Positions 15,534 to 30,575 of a stretch of 64,000 nucleotides of DNA are shown piece after piece. Source of the stretch: the human T2T-CHM13v2.0 reference genome, Homo sapiens. The stretch lies in NCBI RefSeq assembly GCF_009914755.1, contig NC_060939.1. One strand, 5' to 3'. Numbering within the stretch: position 1 is the first letter of the stretch; the number at the start of each line of letters is the position of its first letter. The translations under genes and the position numbers were made by a program. The notes under the pieces were generated by a model. It worked only from the letters and a program-made list of their open reading frames with translations, made no database searches and was not told the DNA's origin.

Positions 15534-15599
15534 TAGAAAATAATTTTTTTTAAAGTGGGCTTATACTATGAATGCAGTTTTTACAATAAGGAGATTTAA

Positions 15600-17070
15600 T
15601 TTTACATGAATTAAACAGAAGAAACAAGTAACACTGAAGATATTAGTTACTTTTGGATAAATGTTTCACTAAAAAAGATTGTAAATCCTAAAATATTTCT
15701 ACAAGATAAAGTACAAAAAGTTATAAAAATGATTAAAAATTTAAATTTCTCTAATATTCTAAGAAATGCATTAAAAACTGTAAATTTCTTCTGAGTAAAT
15801 TTTGACACCATCCCACAGGTTTTCATATGTAGGGCTCTTGGCATCATACATTTCTAAAATGTTTGTTATTTCCCATTTTTACTTTATTTTATTCCTGCTA
15901 TTTAAACTTTTTTTTTTTTCAAATATCCAGTTTTACCTTCTGTGGTCTGTGAACATGGCGTCTATAATTTTCTTTTAATATTTGTTTACATTTCCTTGTG
16001 TTTTAATATTTGATCAATTTTTGTGACTGTTTCTTGTATACTGAATGTTTATCTCTACATATCAATTACATTAAGCTCATTAACTGCTCATGTTACATAA
16101 ATATATGTATTTATTTTTTTCTACTTTGTTCTGTCAACTTCTGAAAGATGTGTGCTAAAATCTCCCACTATGATCTTGGTTTTTATCACATTAAAAAAAT
16201 TATTAGATTTCTTCTCTTTATGTCAAAGCTATATTGCTAAGTGAATTCATATCTATAAAACAATTTACCAAGATGATAATGAAATATCTCTTCGTTTCTT
16301 TTAATTGAATGAGTTTTTGCTTTGAATTCTCTTGCTATGCCTACTACTTTTTATTTGCCTGATTAATCTTTTTCTCAACCTTCTAGTCTATGTTTTATGT
16401 GCTCCTTGTAAACAGCAAACATTTTTCAAACTGATTTGAGAGGCTACCCTTTAATAAGTGAATGCAACCATTCTACATTGTATTTCTATTTCTCATGTTT
16501 TCTTATAGCTTCTGTATTTTCTTTTCCAGCTATATGCTGCCTTTACTGAATTTTCTATGTTCCATTTTTCTTTCTCCCTAATGGTTTTGAACGAAAATAT
16601 TGTTTCTTTTCGTCTAGTAATTATGCTTATCATGAGTACTGCATGTCTAAAAAATGTCAGTTTTATAATTTGGGCAGGTATTGAACTCTTAAGTACAAAA
16701 TTATTTTCCCAAAGAATTTTAAAATATACTATCCCACTATCTTTTTGCATCCAGCATTAGTAATTATAGGATTATTGCTGGTTGCTACTCTTTCTGTCTA
16801 TCCTCAGTGTCTCTCAACTCGCCTTTTTTTTCTTCCTGTTTGTCCTTTCTTTTGAATTGCTAACTTCAAAAAGCTCTAAAGTTTTCTTTTTTGATGAATG
16901 CAGTGTCATCCTGCATGTCTCTGAGGACAGTAATTATATTTATTCTAAAACTCTTGTTTTGCTTTCTTTATTAACTCTTATCCCTTGGGCATTAGTTCTT
17001 CCATTTATATAGTTTGGTACTCTCCTTCATGATATTAGTTTTCTTCAAATATTTTGTGATTCTGGGTTGT
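15600..17070 (-). mobile_element. Degraded old L1M fragments
   Basis: T-rich antisense L1 phrases (gtgctaaaatctcccactatgat, cttgtaaacagca). Confidence 0.55.
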
Positions 17071-17839
17071 GACCCTATCTTTTTTGGACTTTAGAGATAT
17101 CCTATTAGTCTGTGATGGCTGTATGTGATTACAGTAGCATGAGTCGGGGGAGAAAGATGTGCCACCGGGTAGTTAAAATGGATAGTTAGTGTTCTAGGGG
17201 TTTCCTATCTGTTCTGGATATTGACAGCATTGGGAGTACTCCCTTGGCTTTTAAATCACCCAAATTTCTTGTTTTTGCATGTCAAACACCAAGAAAAAAC
17301 TGTGAAGGTAGGGAGAGGTAGTTCTACATGTCTCCTTGTCCAGGAGGCTAGACATAAAGAATCCCCAAATAGCCATTCATACCTTTTGCAGTATTCCAGT
17401 CCTACACATATTTTAGATTATAGTTCTTATCTGCATTCTAATGCCATTTATCAAGGGCTCTCCATGGTTTTTGGAAGTTTTGCTGTTTCCTATCACAGTT
17501 GTATTTAATTGGTACTATATATTCTATAGAGAGGGAGAGGAGGATTATTTTTAGGAATGTGTAGTAGCAAGGAGAGGTTGCAGCATGTTCTCAATGTACC
17601 ATCTTGTACTGAAGTTTCAAATAGATATGTTTTGGCAGAGATAAATGGACAATATTGTACATACTTTTAAGGGAAAATGTGCTTTTTTACTATACATTCC
17701 CTTCTACTAAAATATGATCTCATAATAGTAAGAAGGGGGTGTTTATCCAGTAGTTTCTAACTCTAGATGCACATTACTCAAATATCAAAGTGTAACCCCA
17801 GAAATTCTATTTTAATTGAACAAGGGTAAGAAACACTGG

Positions 17840-18060
17840 TACAGTAGCAGAAAAACTGCAGGTTAGGGATCAGACTAATTTGAGTTCAATCACCACTTAC
17901 TAAATTATATGACTTTAGGCAAAAACAACATTTTGAGCCTTAGTTTCTTCAGCTGTAAATTGGGTTTACAAAATTGTGGTGAGGACTAGAGATAATATAA
18001 GAAGAGAGACTAGTATCATGCATGGCAAACAGCATATGCTTATTAAATGTTAGCTCTTCT
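17840..18060 (+). mobile_element. MIR (preceded by MER5-like piece ~17745-17838)
   Basis: ccacttactaaattatatgactttaggcaa...gagccttagtttcttcagctgtaaattggg. Confidence 0.7.
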
Positions 18061-18814
18061 AATGCTATGTATAAGTAAGTAGATGAAAAACATGGCATAA
18101 AGGAAGATCAAGTGAAATAGGATGTCCCTTCATACGTCAAAATCTTACAATGACTAAAATTTAATTCCAGATGTCACAGGAGCTGACAATCATTACCAGA
18201 TTTACAAACTGAGCAAGATTATGGGATTTACAGAGTATTCCTGTCACATATTACATACCTCCTGGGCTCTTTTAACATTCTTCTTTCAATGCATCTTTCA
18301 AAGACCACTCTCTAGGAAATCACACAACTGCTCAATTCCACATTTCCAAATTTGAGAGAGTAAAATCTGTCAATAATAATGGCAACCTAATTATATGTTT
18401 CTGTTTGTATTTTTTAAAATACTATGACAAATAGATGAGCACTTTTAAGTTGCAGGAAATAAGAATAACTAGAAAGCTGTGGATCCCAGAAATTAAAGAA
18501 ACTTTAGTGTCTTCCAGGCAGGAAATTATCCAAACCTAATTACAACCAGCTGGAGACAGCTCCATTTTCAGGAATGCTTAGATACTAGCAAAACACAGTG
18601 ATGCCCATTTGCTGACAAGTAAATGCTCATATCTTTATCATCTGTGTCATTCAGAAACATTCATATGCCACTTGGCAAAACAACTTCTTAATAGGTAATA
18701 TTCATTGAATTCTTATAAAAGTTTTAATTCATTTCCAAATACAACTATAATACTTCACTATTTCAACATTAGAGAAAAATTATTTTCTCTTGTTTCTTTA
18801 CAAATGTTTTGTTT

Positions 18815-19083
18815 GGCTGGGTGTAGTGGCTCACACCTGTAATCCGAGCCCTGTGGGAGGCCAAGGTGGGAGGATCATTTGAGCCCAGGAGTTCAAGACA
18901 AGCCTGGGCAACACAGGAAGTCCGTCTCTACAAAAAATAAAAAAAAATGAGCCTGGTGTAGTGGCTTGTGTCTTTAGTCTCAGCTACTTGGGAGGCTGAG
19001 GTGGGAGGACCTGCTTGAGGCCTGGAGGTTGAGGGTGCCGTGAGCCTGGGCAATAGAGTGAGACCCTGTCTCAAAAAAAAAAA
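18815..19083 (+). mobile_element. AluJ with small right-arm deletion
   Basis: ggaggatcatttgagcccagg; gtgagcc joined to tgggcaatagag. Confidence 0.88.
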
Positions 19084-19299
19084 GCTTATGTTTATAAATT
19101 ATTAATGATCATATACATTAAACAATATGGCCTCAGTTTTAAAAACTTTATTGTAAAAGTAAATCTACGGGTGTAATCATAGTAAAACTGACAACACCAC
19201 CTTCATTTAGAGACCTAAACTAAACCTTAAGAGGGCCCAACTCTGGCTGAATTCAATATATATTAACATAGTAAGTCTGACACTAATCCTCAAAAACAA

Positions 19300-20430
19300 A
19301 TTCTGTGGCCAATAAGCACATGGAAGAGTATTCAATGTCATTATTCTTCAGTGACATGCAAATTAAAATCTCAATTCTGAACAGTCTATTCCAGAAGAGG
19401 AAGATATATTTCCCATTCATTTTATGAGATCTGCTTCACCATGATGCTAAAATCAGGCAAAATGTTTGGTATAATTTGTTTGGCAGAAAAAAAAATTTAA
19501 AAGAGGCAAAACAGTACTAAAAAAATCAATAAAAACTATACACCAATATCTCTCATAAACACAAACATCTCAACAAAATGTTCCTGTTGTATGTAAAAAG
19601 CATAATGCATCACAACCAAGTGCGGTTCATCCTGGAATATACAGAAAGTCCAAAATTTTTTTTAAAAATCCATAAATGTAAACTACTATATTAACAGCTC
19701 AAAAAATAAAATCCATATGATCATATCAATTGATACGGAAAATCTGACAAAATCCAACAGCCATTCATAATGAAAACTCTCAGCAAACTGGAAATAGAAG
19801 GGAACTTCAACATAATTAAAGGGCACCTACAAAAAAACTACAGCTAATATCGTATTTAATAGTGAGACTGACTGCTTCCTCCTGAAAAGGGTGCAAGACA
19901 AGAATGCCTATACTACCATCATTCCTGTTCCACGTATCCTGAAAGTTTTAGTGCAATAGACAAGAAAAAGAAGTAAAACGCATATATATTGGAAAGGAAA
20001 AAATAAAACTGTACCTATTTGCGTATGACATGACTATGTATGTGAAAAATCCCAAGGAATCTACAAAAAACTTCTTAGAATTAATACGTATTTTAAGATT
20101 GCAGGATACATGGTCAACATAGAAAAATCAATTGTATTTCTATATACAAGCAATGTACTAATAGAAACCAAAATTAAAAAAAAATAACTTTCAGATCAGC
20201 TCCAAATAAAAAAAAAATTTAAATAAATCCTTGGGTATAAATCTAAGAAAGCCAAGTATAGGAGGGGTATGCTGAGAACCATAAAATGCTAATAAAAGAA
20301 ATCAAAGACCAAAATAAATGGAGAGATAGACTATGTTCATCAACTGGAAGACCCAACATAGTAAAGATGTCAATTTTCTTCAAACTAATCCGTAGATTTA
20401 ATACAATTCCAATCAAACTCCCGCTTTTTT
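19300..20430 (+). mobile_element. Old L1M ORF2 (RT region) fragment
   Basis: Degenerate RT motifs (gacaaaatccaacagccattcataatgaaaactc, ctatttgcgtatgacatg). Confidence 0.8.
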
Positions 20431-21834
20431 TCACTGAATAATATATAACAAATATTTTTCCACATCAATATTTTTCTATAATATTTCAAATAGCTATACA
20501 CTCAATTTCTGGATTTATCCTAACATTAATTAACCATTCTTTTGTACTTGATGTTGAATTCTAGTATTTACAGTATGTTCCATATTTCTCTATTATAAAC
20601 AGGGTTTAGTAAATATTCTCCTAATTCAGTATTTGCACACATCTTTATTTCCTTAAGGTAAATTGTTAGAAGTACATTTTTTGGATCAAACAGTATGCAC
20701 ATAAATACATATATATTTATGCATGTGTGTGTACATATATATTTTAAAGTTTTGATAATACATGTTGTTAAAATGCCCTCTAGAAAGGTCTTTCACCTTT
20801 TAAATTTTGACTTAAAACTTAACTCCTCTGAAAAGCCTTCTCCAATTAGCCTTTTCCCACCAATCTCTATTTGGTCTCATTAAATTACTGTATCATTTAT
20901 TGCACTATTTAAACAATTACTGCTTTAATAAGACATTAAGCCTCTAGGCTATCTGCTCAAAGTGCATGTCTTTGAGGAAATGTAACAGGAGAAAATACAC
21001 AGGATGATAAACTGATGCGCTATGAAATCGCTAACAAAGGTGGCATGAAAGGATAAAGTATTAGAGTTAAGAGGGTATCACTTTTTTTTCCACAAAAGGG
21101 GTCTATTCTAATTGTTTTTAGATTTTCCTATTTTTAGTTTGTGTGCCCATTAAAAGGCAGTAGTTGCAGGTATGGTTTGCATTTTCTGTCTTATCCTTGG
21201 AATCAGTTACTGAAAAAAGTTCAAGCTATGGAAAATTTTGTCAAATTCTCCATATCCTCAAAATCCATGTATGCTTTCTCTAGAATTCTATCATGCCTCA
21301 CTTATAACACATGAAATTGAAGTCAACTGATGTCTTCCAACAGGAAAGTATAACAATCATTCAGAAACACTGCCTATTGTGCCTTACTCTACTTATGAAA
21401 TGAAATCACATATATTAAATAAGAAACTATCAAACTATGCATATTCAGCATTTGACATCACTCACAATTAGCCTGTACCAATTAACTAGGCCCAACATTG
21501 TGAATATGTTTCAATTAAGAAAAATTAATTACCCCTGTTAATTATGAAAGTCACAATGGGATTGTGCTGCTATCTTTCAGGAATTATTTGCTGAGAAATG
21601 CTTTCCCTAGTTTATTTCTGTGCTTCCAGTATATGATTTTAAAACATGGCAGCCAGTGTATTGCTAGATTCTTGCAAATATTAAGCAAATATACTAAAGC
21701 AGGAGCATATTTTACATAACCATATGTGTCAGACTAAATTTGAGCCAAGAACAAGAATGAATGCAACTCATATCTGATTTATATTTGACAAATACAGAGA
21801 TATCATAAGCTCCTGTTTTGAATGCCTACATGTT

Positions 21835-21848
21835 GTTTCCATGGCAAC
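21835..21848. promoter_or_regulatory. RFX X-box motif GTTTCCATGGCAAC in apparently non-repeat sequence
   Basis: Near-palindromic match to the RFX consensus; motif only, no functional data. Confidence 0.4.
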
Positions 21849-22164
21849 TGCATAAACATTTTCCTCATAAAACACAGCCATCTTCATTCTTTACATCCGA
21901 TTATTTATTTCTTTCCACTCTCAGGAAAAAGCCTAATTTATTTCCCAGGAAAAATCGATCAATGATTTTCTTAATCAGTAGGATTTGAACAGTAGGTGGC
22001 ACAGTTATTTTTATGGAAAAACAATTTCCACCAACGCTCTTGCTATGTGATAGAAGGCCGAGGGAAAATAAAAGTAGTTCTTGCTTTAAGGAAAGTGTGA
22101 CTACAAGCTACAATGAATAATCCTTCAAAGAGGGATGAGAATGTGTATTAGAAACCCACAGATG

Positions 22165-22555
<391 letters not shown>

Positions 22556-22830
22556 TTATGAAAAAAATTATCTTTCATTCCTACAGAGTTTGGTAGTCTT
22601 AAAAAAAATACCTTTGCTGTGTGATAGAGACTGTATAGAATGGCTAGCAACTACAGGCAAGAGAAAGACTAGCCCACTTTAAGTAGATCAAATGACAGCA
22701 AAAGGAGGATAAAAGGAAACCACATCAGGTTGTTTCACTTTATCTATTATTTGAGACTGAGGTAATTATCACAGATTTCAGTGGCAGCAGATGGAAGAGA
22801 TCCCATATTGGAGTTTAGCTATCAAATTAA

Positions 22831-23349
<519 letters not shown>

Positions 23350-23685
23350 TCAAAGGACCTTTATAACACCCTCCCAATCTAACAAAATGTTATGTGAATT
23401 GTAAGGTGCTGAATAAGCTAGTGGAATAAAAGAATATTTATTCATAATGTATACACATTTTCTACAATACATAATGCCTCTCAGTCAAAACACTGAACTG
23501 TTCCAATAATTCCCCCTACCACTTCAATGTTTCAATTCTCTTCACAGTCTTATTTCTTCCCCTACTTCTACAAAGTGAATCTCTTAATAATCTACTCTTT
23601 TTCATTTATTTCCAAGGCCTACGTCAAGGTATAGGCCAAGTATCTTTCGTATGTTTTTGTTTTCGGTCTTAAATGGATGCCTATT

Positions 23686-23853
23686 ACCTGGGCATGGTGG
23701 CACATGCCTGCCATCCCAGCTACTTTGGAGGCTGAGGTGGGAGGATCACCTGAGCCCAAGAAGTCAAGGTTGCAGTGAGCCATGATCATGCCACTATACT
23801 CTAGCCTAGGCAACAGAGCAAGACTCTGTCTCAAATAATTGAAAAAAAAAAAA
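23686..23853 (+). mobile_element. Alu right monomer (FRAM/AluJ-type)
   Basis: Monomer with A tail; degenerate TSD ggatg(c/t)cta. Confidence 0.82.
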
Positions 23854-23893
23854 GGATGTCTAACTCTTCTTGTACCATTTCTTGAAAAAACTA

Positions 23894-24223
<330 letters not shown>

Positions 24224-24451
24224 TTACCTCTGCATCTTTGTTAAAAATCAATTGAACATATGTGTGTATCTATTTCTGGACTATTTATTCTGTTTTACAG
24301 ATCTATTTACCCTTTTAACGACAATATACTGCTCAAGTACTGCAGTTTGATTAGTAAGTCTTGAATCAGGTAGTGTGAGTCGTCCCACTTTGTTTCTATT
24401 CAGAATTGTTTTTGGCTTTCTAGTTCCTTTACCTTTCCAAAAAAATTTTAG

Positions 24452-24784
<333 letters not shown>

Positions 24785-24857
24785 CTGCTGGACTTTTGAT
24801 AGGGATTTTATTCAATCTATAGAACAATTTGAGAGAGCTGACATCTTAATATTGACT

Positions 24858-25008
24858 AAGCATGGTGGCTCATGCCTGTAATCCCAGCTACTCAGGACGC
24901 TGAGGTAGGAGGATCACTTGAGCCCAGGAGGTTGAGGCTACAGTGAGCGGTCTGGACCTCCAGCCTGGGTGGCGGAGTAAGACTTTGTCACAAACCAAAA
25001 AACAACTC
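24858..25008 (+). mobile_element. Alu monomer (FRAM-like)
   Basis: TSD aatattgact on both sides. Confidence 0.8.
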
Positions 25009-25213
25009 CAATATTGACTCTTCCAATAGTTGAGCACAATATCTCTTTACTGGGATTTTCTTTGATTATTTTCATGAGTGCTTTGTAGATTATCAGCACA
25101 GATGTTGCACATTTAAAAAAATTTACACCTATGTTTTTGTGTTTCATGGTGCTATTATAAATGCTATTGTAAATTTTATAATTTCAATGTCCAATTATTA
25201 ATTGTGTATAGAA

Positions 25214-25501
25214 GGACCAGGCATGGTGGCTCACGCCTGCAATCCCAGCACTTTGGGAGGCCGAGGTGGGCGGATCACGAGGTCAGGAGTTCAAGACCAG
25301 TCTGGCCAACATAGTGAAGCCTGTCTATACTAAAAATAAAAAAAATTAGCTAAGCATGGTGGTGGGTGCCTGCAATCCTAGCTACTCAAGAGGCTGAGGT
25401 TCGAGAATCGTTTGAACTTGGGAGGCAGAGGTTGCAGTGAGCCGAGATCGTGCCAGTGAACTCCAGCCTGGGTGACAGTGTGAGACTCCGTCTCAAAAAA
25501 A
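25214..25501 (+). mobile_element. AluS (Sg-like)
   Basis: TSD gtgtatagaa. Confidence 0.92.
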
Positions 25502-25932
25502 TATAGTGTATAGAAATATGATAGATTTTTATATAATTATTTTGAATCCTGTGACTTTACTAATTCACCACTTATCATTAGTTCTAGTACACTTTTTGGT
25601 AGATTCTCTGGGATTTTGTGCATAGAAAATGATTTCATTTGCAAATACTGAGAGCTTACTTCTTCCTCTTCAATCTGCATTCCTTTGATTTCTTTCATTT
25701 TTCTTTTTTTGCTTAACTGAACTTGCTATGACTACCTTGTCTTGTTCTCAATTTTAGGAAGAAAGCATTCACTTTTTCACCATTAAGTGTTACATCAGCT
25801 CTATGATAGTTATCTTTGCCCTTTACTAGGCTGAGGAAATTCCTTCAATTCCTAGTTTGCTGAGATTATTTATTATGAATTAATGCAGTATCTAACCACT
25901 GAGTAATTATATGGGTCATATGGGGTTTTTAA

Positions 25933-25947
25933 TTTTTTTTTTCTCTT

Positions 25948-25979
<32 letters not shown>

Positions 25980-26221
25980 TTTGAGACAGAGTCTCACTCT
26001 GTCGCCCAGGCTGGAGTGCAATGGCACAACCTCCACCTCCTGGGTTCGAGAGATTCTTGGGCCTCAACATGCCCCAGAGTAGCTGGGATTACAGGTGTGT
26101 GCCACCGCACCTGGCTAATTTTTTTATTTGTTTTTTCAGTAGAGACAGGATTTCACCACTTTGGCCAGGCTGGTCTGTCTCAAACTCCTAACCTGAAGTG
26201 ATCTGCCTGTCTTAGCCTCCC
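25933..26221 (-). mobile_element. AluS lacking its first ~35 nt
   Basis: Long T tail; ends at cttagcctccc. Confidence 0.88.
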
Positions 26222-26536
26222 ATTCATTTAATTTACTGATATGGTGAATTGCATTGATTCATTCTGAAGATTAAAACAACCTTGAATTTTTGGGATAAAA
26301 CCTACTTTCATAATGCATTATCCTTTTTACATATTGCTGGTTTTGATTTGCCAATATTTTCTTGAAGATTTTTTTGTCTATGCCTGTAGTTTTCTTTCTT
26401 GTAATCTATTTGACTTGTTTTGATATCACAATACTACTAATTTTATAAAATGAGTTGGGAAGTGTTAAATCTTCTTTTATTTCCTGGCATAATTTGTGCA
26501 GAACTGATATTATTAAATATTTCCTTGGTAGTATTA

Positions 26537-26672
26537 ATTTTGTTTTTTTTTGGTAGAGATGGGGTCCTTGCTATGCTGCCCAGGCTGGTCTCAAACTCTT
26601 GGCCTCAAGTGATCCTCTCACTTTGGCTTCTCATAGTGCTGGGATTACAGGTGTGAACCACTGCACCTGGCC
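26537..26672 (-). mobile_element. Alu left monomer (FLAM-like)
   Basis: Monomer only. Confidence 0.82.
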
Positions 26673-26861
26673 AATCTATTATTTTCTCAAGTGAGCTTTG
26701 GTAGTTGAGATGAGGTTGTGGAGTCAGACAAGCTTAGCTGTACCACTAAATAGTCATTTGATACTGGACAATTAACTTTGAGAATGATATCCTCATATAT
26801 AAAATGGAAATATTAATAACAAGAGCTATGTCAAACAGATTTGTAAGGTTTAAAGATAATC

Positions 26862-27212
26862 CGTATTCCGTTGAATGAATATTTGTGTCCTCCTCAAAAT
26901 TCTTATGCTGAAACCTAATCCCCAATGTGTTGTCATTTTGAGGTGGAGCCTTTGGCAGGTGATTATATCCTGAGGACAGAGACCTCATGCATGGGACTAG
27001 TAAGAATCCTTATAAAGGAGACTCCAGAGAGCTCACTTGCCCCTTCTGCCATGTGAGGACACAGTGAAAAGACACCATCTATGAACCAGAAAGCAGATGC
27101 ACTCACCAGATACTAAATATGCTGGTACTTTGGGACTCCCCAGCCTTCAGAACCATGAGAAATAAATTTCTGTTGTTTTCAAGCCACCCAGTTTAGGCCC
27201 AATGGACTAAGA
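26862..27212 (+). mobile_element. MLT1 (A/B-like) solo LTR inserted in a MIR (~26710-26860, ~27213-27270)
   Basis: ttgaatgaatatttgtgtcctcctcaaaattc...gagaaataaatttctgttgttttcaagccacccagttt...aatggactaaga. Confidence 0.8.
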
Positions 27213-27274
27213 ATATTAAAAGTGAATCTCAATGTTTCATATATAGTAAGCACTCAGTACACATTATTACTACT

Positions 27275-27592
27275 ATATTTTATTTTATTTTATTTTAATG
27301 TTAAGTTATTTTTGAGATGGAGTCTCACTCTGTCACCCAGGATGGAGTGCAGTGGTGCCATCTCGGCTCACCGCAGCCTCTGCCTCCTGGTTCAAGTGAT
27401 TCTTGTGCCTCAGCTTCCCGAGTCACTGTGCAGATGTGCACCACCACTTTCGGCTAAGTTTTGTATTTTTTTTGGTAGATTCGGGGTTTCACCATGTTGA
27501 CTAGGCTGGTCTCAAACTCCTGACCTCAGGTGATCCTCCTGCCTCGGCCTCCCAAAGTGTTGGGTTACAGGCGTGAGCCATGGTGCCTGGCC
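27275..27592 (-). mobile_element. AluS
   Basis: TSD tattactactat. Confidence 0.9.
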
Positions 27593-28206
27593 TATTACTA
27601 CTATTGAAATTTTTTTTTTTTCTGGACAAATTGCACATAGGCTTCCCTATAAAAGGAAAGTTTTCCTAAATGAAGGCATTGTAAATAATGCTTTAAAGAC
27701 CTATCAAGTGTTATGAGTTTAAGATTGTAGACAGAGACAGATATCAAATTATTCTTTGTCTGTAAGAATATACTCCCCTACCCACAAAGGCCATAATTTT
27801 CAGCTAATGAAATAAACTTAGATAAAACTATTTGACTCAATCTTAGCATTACATAGCTAGAATGTTACTCTTTAAATTTTAGCTTCTTTAGTGGCCATGA
27901 TAGTTCACACCATTAAAAATCTAAATTTCTAGTTGTGCAAATTAGAAATTCTGTGAATTGCACAATTAGAAATCTGATTCTATTCTCTCTTCAAAGTCAC
28001 GGTAGATTATAAATTTTGGACACAACCAGCTTGGATGGGGCCAGAAAAATATGTAAATGTAGATGGTCTGCTATGTACCTCATGGATGTGTTATATGATT
28101 TCTGAACTGGGCTAGGTGGGAGAATCAGTGCAGTTATTTTACAGTATAGAGAGATGAAGTTCTTATCAAATCTGTTTCTTGATAATATTATAATCTTGAA
28201 AACAAA

Positions 28207-28294
28207 CTGGTCTTGAACTCCTGACCTCAGGTGATCCACCCACCTCGGCCTCCCAAAGTGCTGGAATTACAGGTGTGAGCCACTACGCCTGGCC
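28207..28294 (-). mobile_element. Alu 5' fragment (~88 bp, no tail)
   Basis: ctggtcttgaactcctgacctcagg...ccactacgcctggcc. Confidence 0.85.
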
Positions 28295-28614
28295 CTGAAA
28301 CAGATATAATTAAATAGGTACACTTAAATCAATAACAGAGAGACAGGGAAATCTGATCACTTTCTATGTATTATCTCACCTGCATAAGTTAACACTTAAC
28401 ACTTTAATTTCTGCAGTGTTTTAAAAGTTCCTTTCTTCAACAAAAAAAATTTTTTTTAAATAGTTGAGAACCAGAAAGAATTTACTGGATATTTTAGAAG
28501 GGTGAATGTGGCCACATGTCTACCAGTGACAAGGGCACAAAAAAGCTCCAATAATGCCACAAGTAGAGGTTTAACCCACAATTAGAGATTTTTTTTTAAA
28601 GAAATCACTGTTAA

Positions 28615-28724
28615 GATATATATATACATATATATACATATATATGTATATGTATATATATACATATATATACATATATATGTATATATATACACATATA
28701 TATGTATATGTATATATATATATA

Positions 28725-28725
<1 letters not shown>
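28615..28725. repeat. (TA)n/(TATACA)/(TATG) microsatellite at an Alu tail
   Basis: Directly visible. Confidence 0.95.
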
Positions 28726-29333
<608 letters not shown>

Positions 29334-30106
29334 CAAGATATTTTTAATCAAGGTTAATGTTAGTACAGGGAAGAATAATTAGAACATTCATTCTTTGGTA
29401 TATAATTTCTCCTGTCTCATATTTATCAACATGAAACAGGTTCTGCATTCCTTAGAATTATTAGAACTAGAACATGATGCTATTTGATTGACTTTTCATA
29501 TCTCCTGCATTTCAAAGCAAGAAACTAGTTTCGGTCCATCATACCCATTCACTATCAAGACATAGTGACTCAAGCAAATGATTATCTCTCAAAATCAAAT
29601 TAGTAGAAATCCAATGATTAAGAGTTATAATTGTTCACTAGGATTTCAAGTAAAAAATTGGAAATATTTGAATCTTTACAAAACATGCATTGAAATAATT
29701 CTGGTCTAGGACTAAGAGGATTTAAGAATGATAAAGGATCTTAAGCCTTCATATAATTGCTTTCTACACTACTTGAAATCAAATAGTATTTTCAATTTCA
29801 CAAGAAGAAAAAATCTTATAATCCTTCAAAATTTCCCTCTCCTTTACTATTTTGGATTCTTGTCCATTTTATAACTCCCAATTCTTTCGAAATGATTTTC
29901 AAAAGGTAGAAAGAAAGAAAGGCAAAAGAGTAAATAAAGATTATATTAGAATAAGATCTCTAGAAACTAGATGTCAAGTAAGGAAAATAAAACAAGAAAT
30001 AAAGTTCAAAAAATAACACCAAAAAATCCTTTGCATACTGAATAGGAACTACTACCTATGTTGCTTGATTATTTCTATGAAACGAAAAAATAATTGTTGA
30101 AGGATG

Positions 30107-30575
30107 TGAGGTAGGAGGCGGGACTTTACTCCAGAGGTGGGGCTCAGACACTGGACCAGATACAGGACTAGCTAAAATGGGGATGTCAGGGGGGACAGCA
30201 GCCTTCAATCATGCCATGTGAATGTACTGTTGCCATGGCAACACCCAGAAGTTACCGCCTCTTTCCATGGTAATGACTCAGTGATTACTACCCTTTCCCT
30301 AGAAATTTCTGCATAAATCATCCCTTAATCTGCATGCAGTTAAAGGAAGGTATAAATATGACTGCAAAACTGTCCTGAGCTGCTACTGTCTGCCTACAAA
30401 GTACCCCTGCTCTGCAGGAGCAGTCAAAGAGCTGTGATACCACTGGAGCTGTAACACTGCCTGTTCAGTAAAGCTGTTTTCTTCTACCTCTGGCTTGCCC
30501 TTTAATTCTTGCCTTCGCAAAGCCAAGATCCCTCATGGGCTAAGCTCTGCTTTAGGGCTCACCTGCCCTGCATCA
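30107..30575 (+). mobile_element. ERV1 solo LTR (MER50-like)
   Basis: TG...CA termini, 4-bp TSD gatg (30103-30106, 30576-30579), TATA tataaat, agtaaa poly(A)-like signal. Confidence 0.8.

Noticed and set aside
18259-18311. Small minus-strand exon candidate (RVVFERCIERRMLKEPR)
   Set aside because: Poor polypyrimidine tract and an unrecognised peptide.
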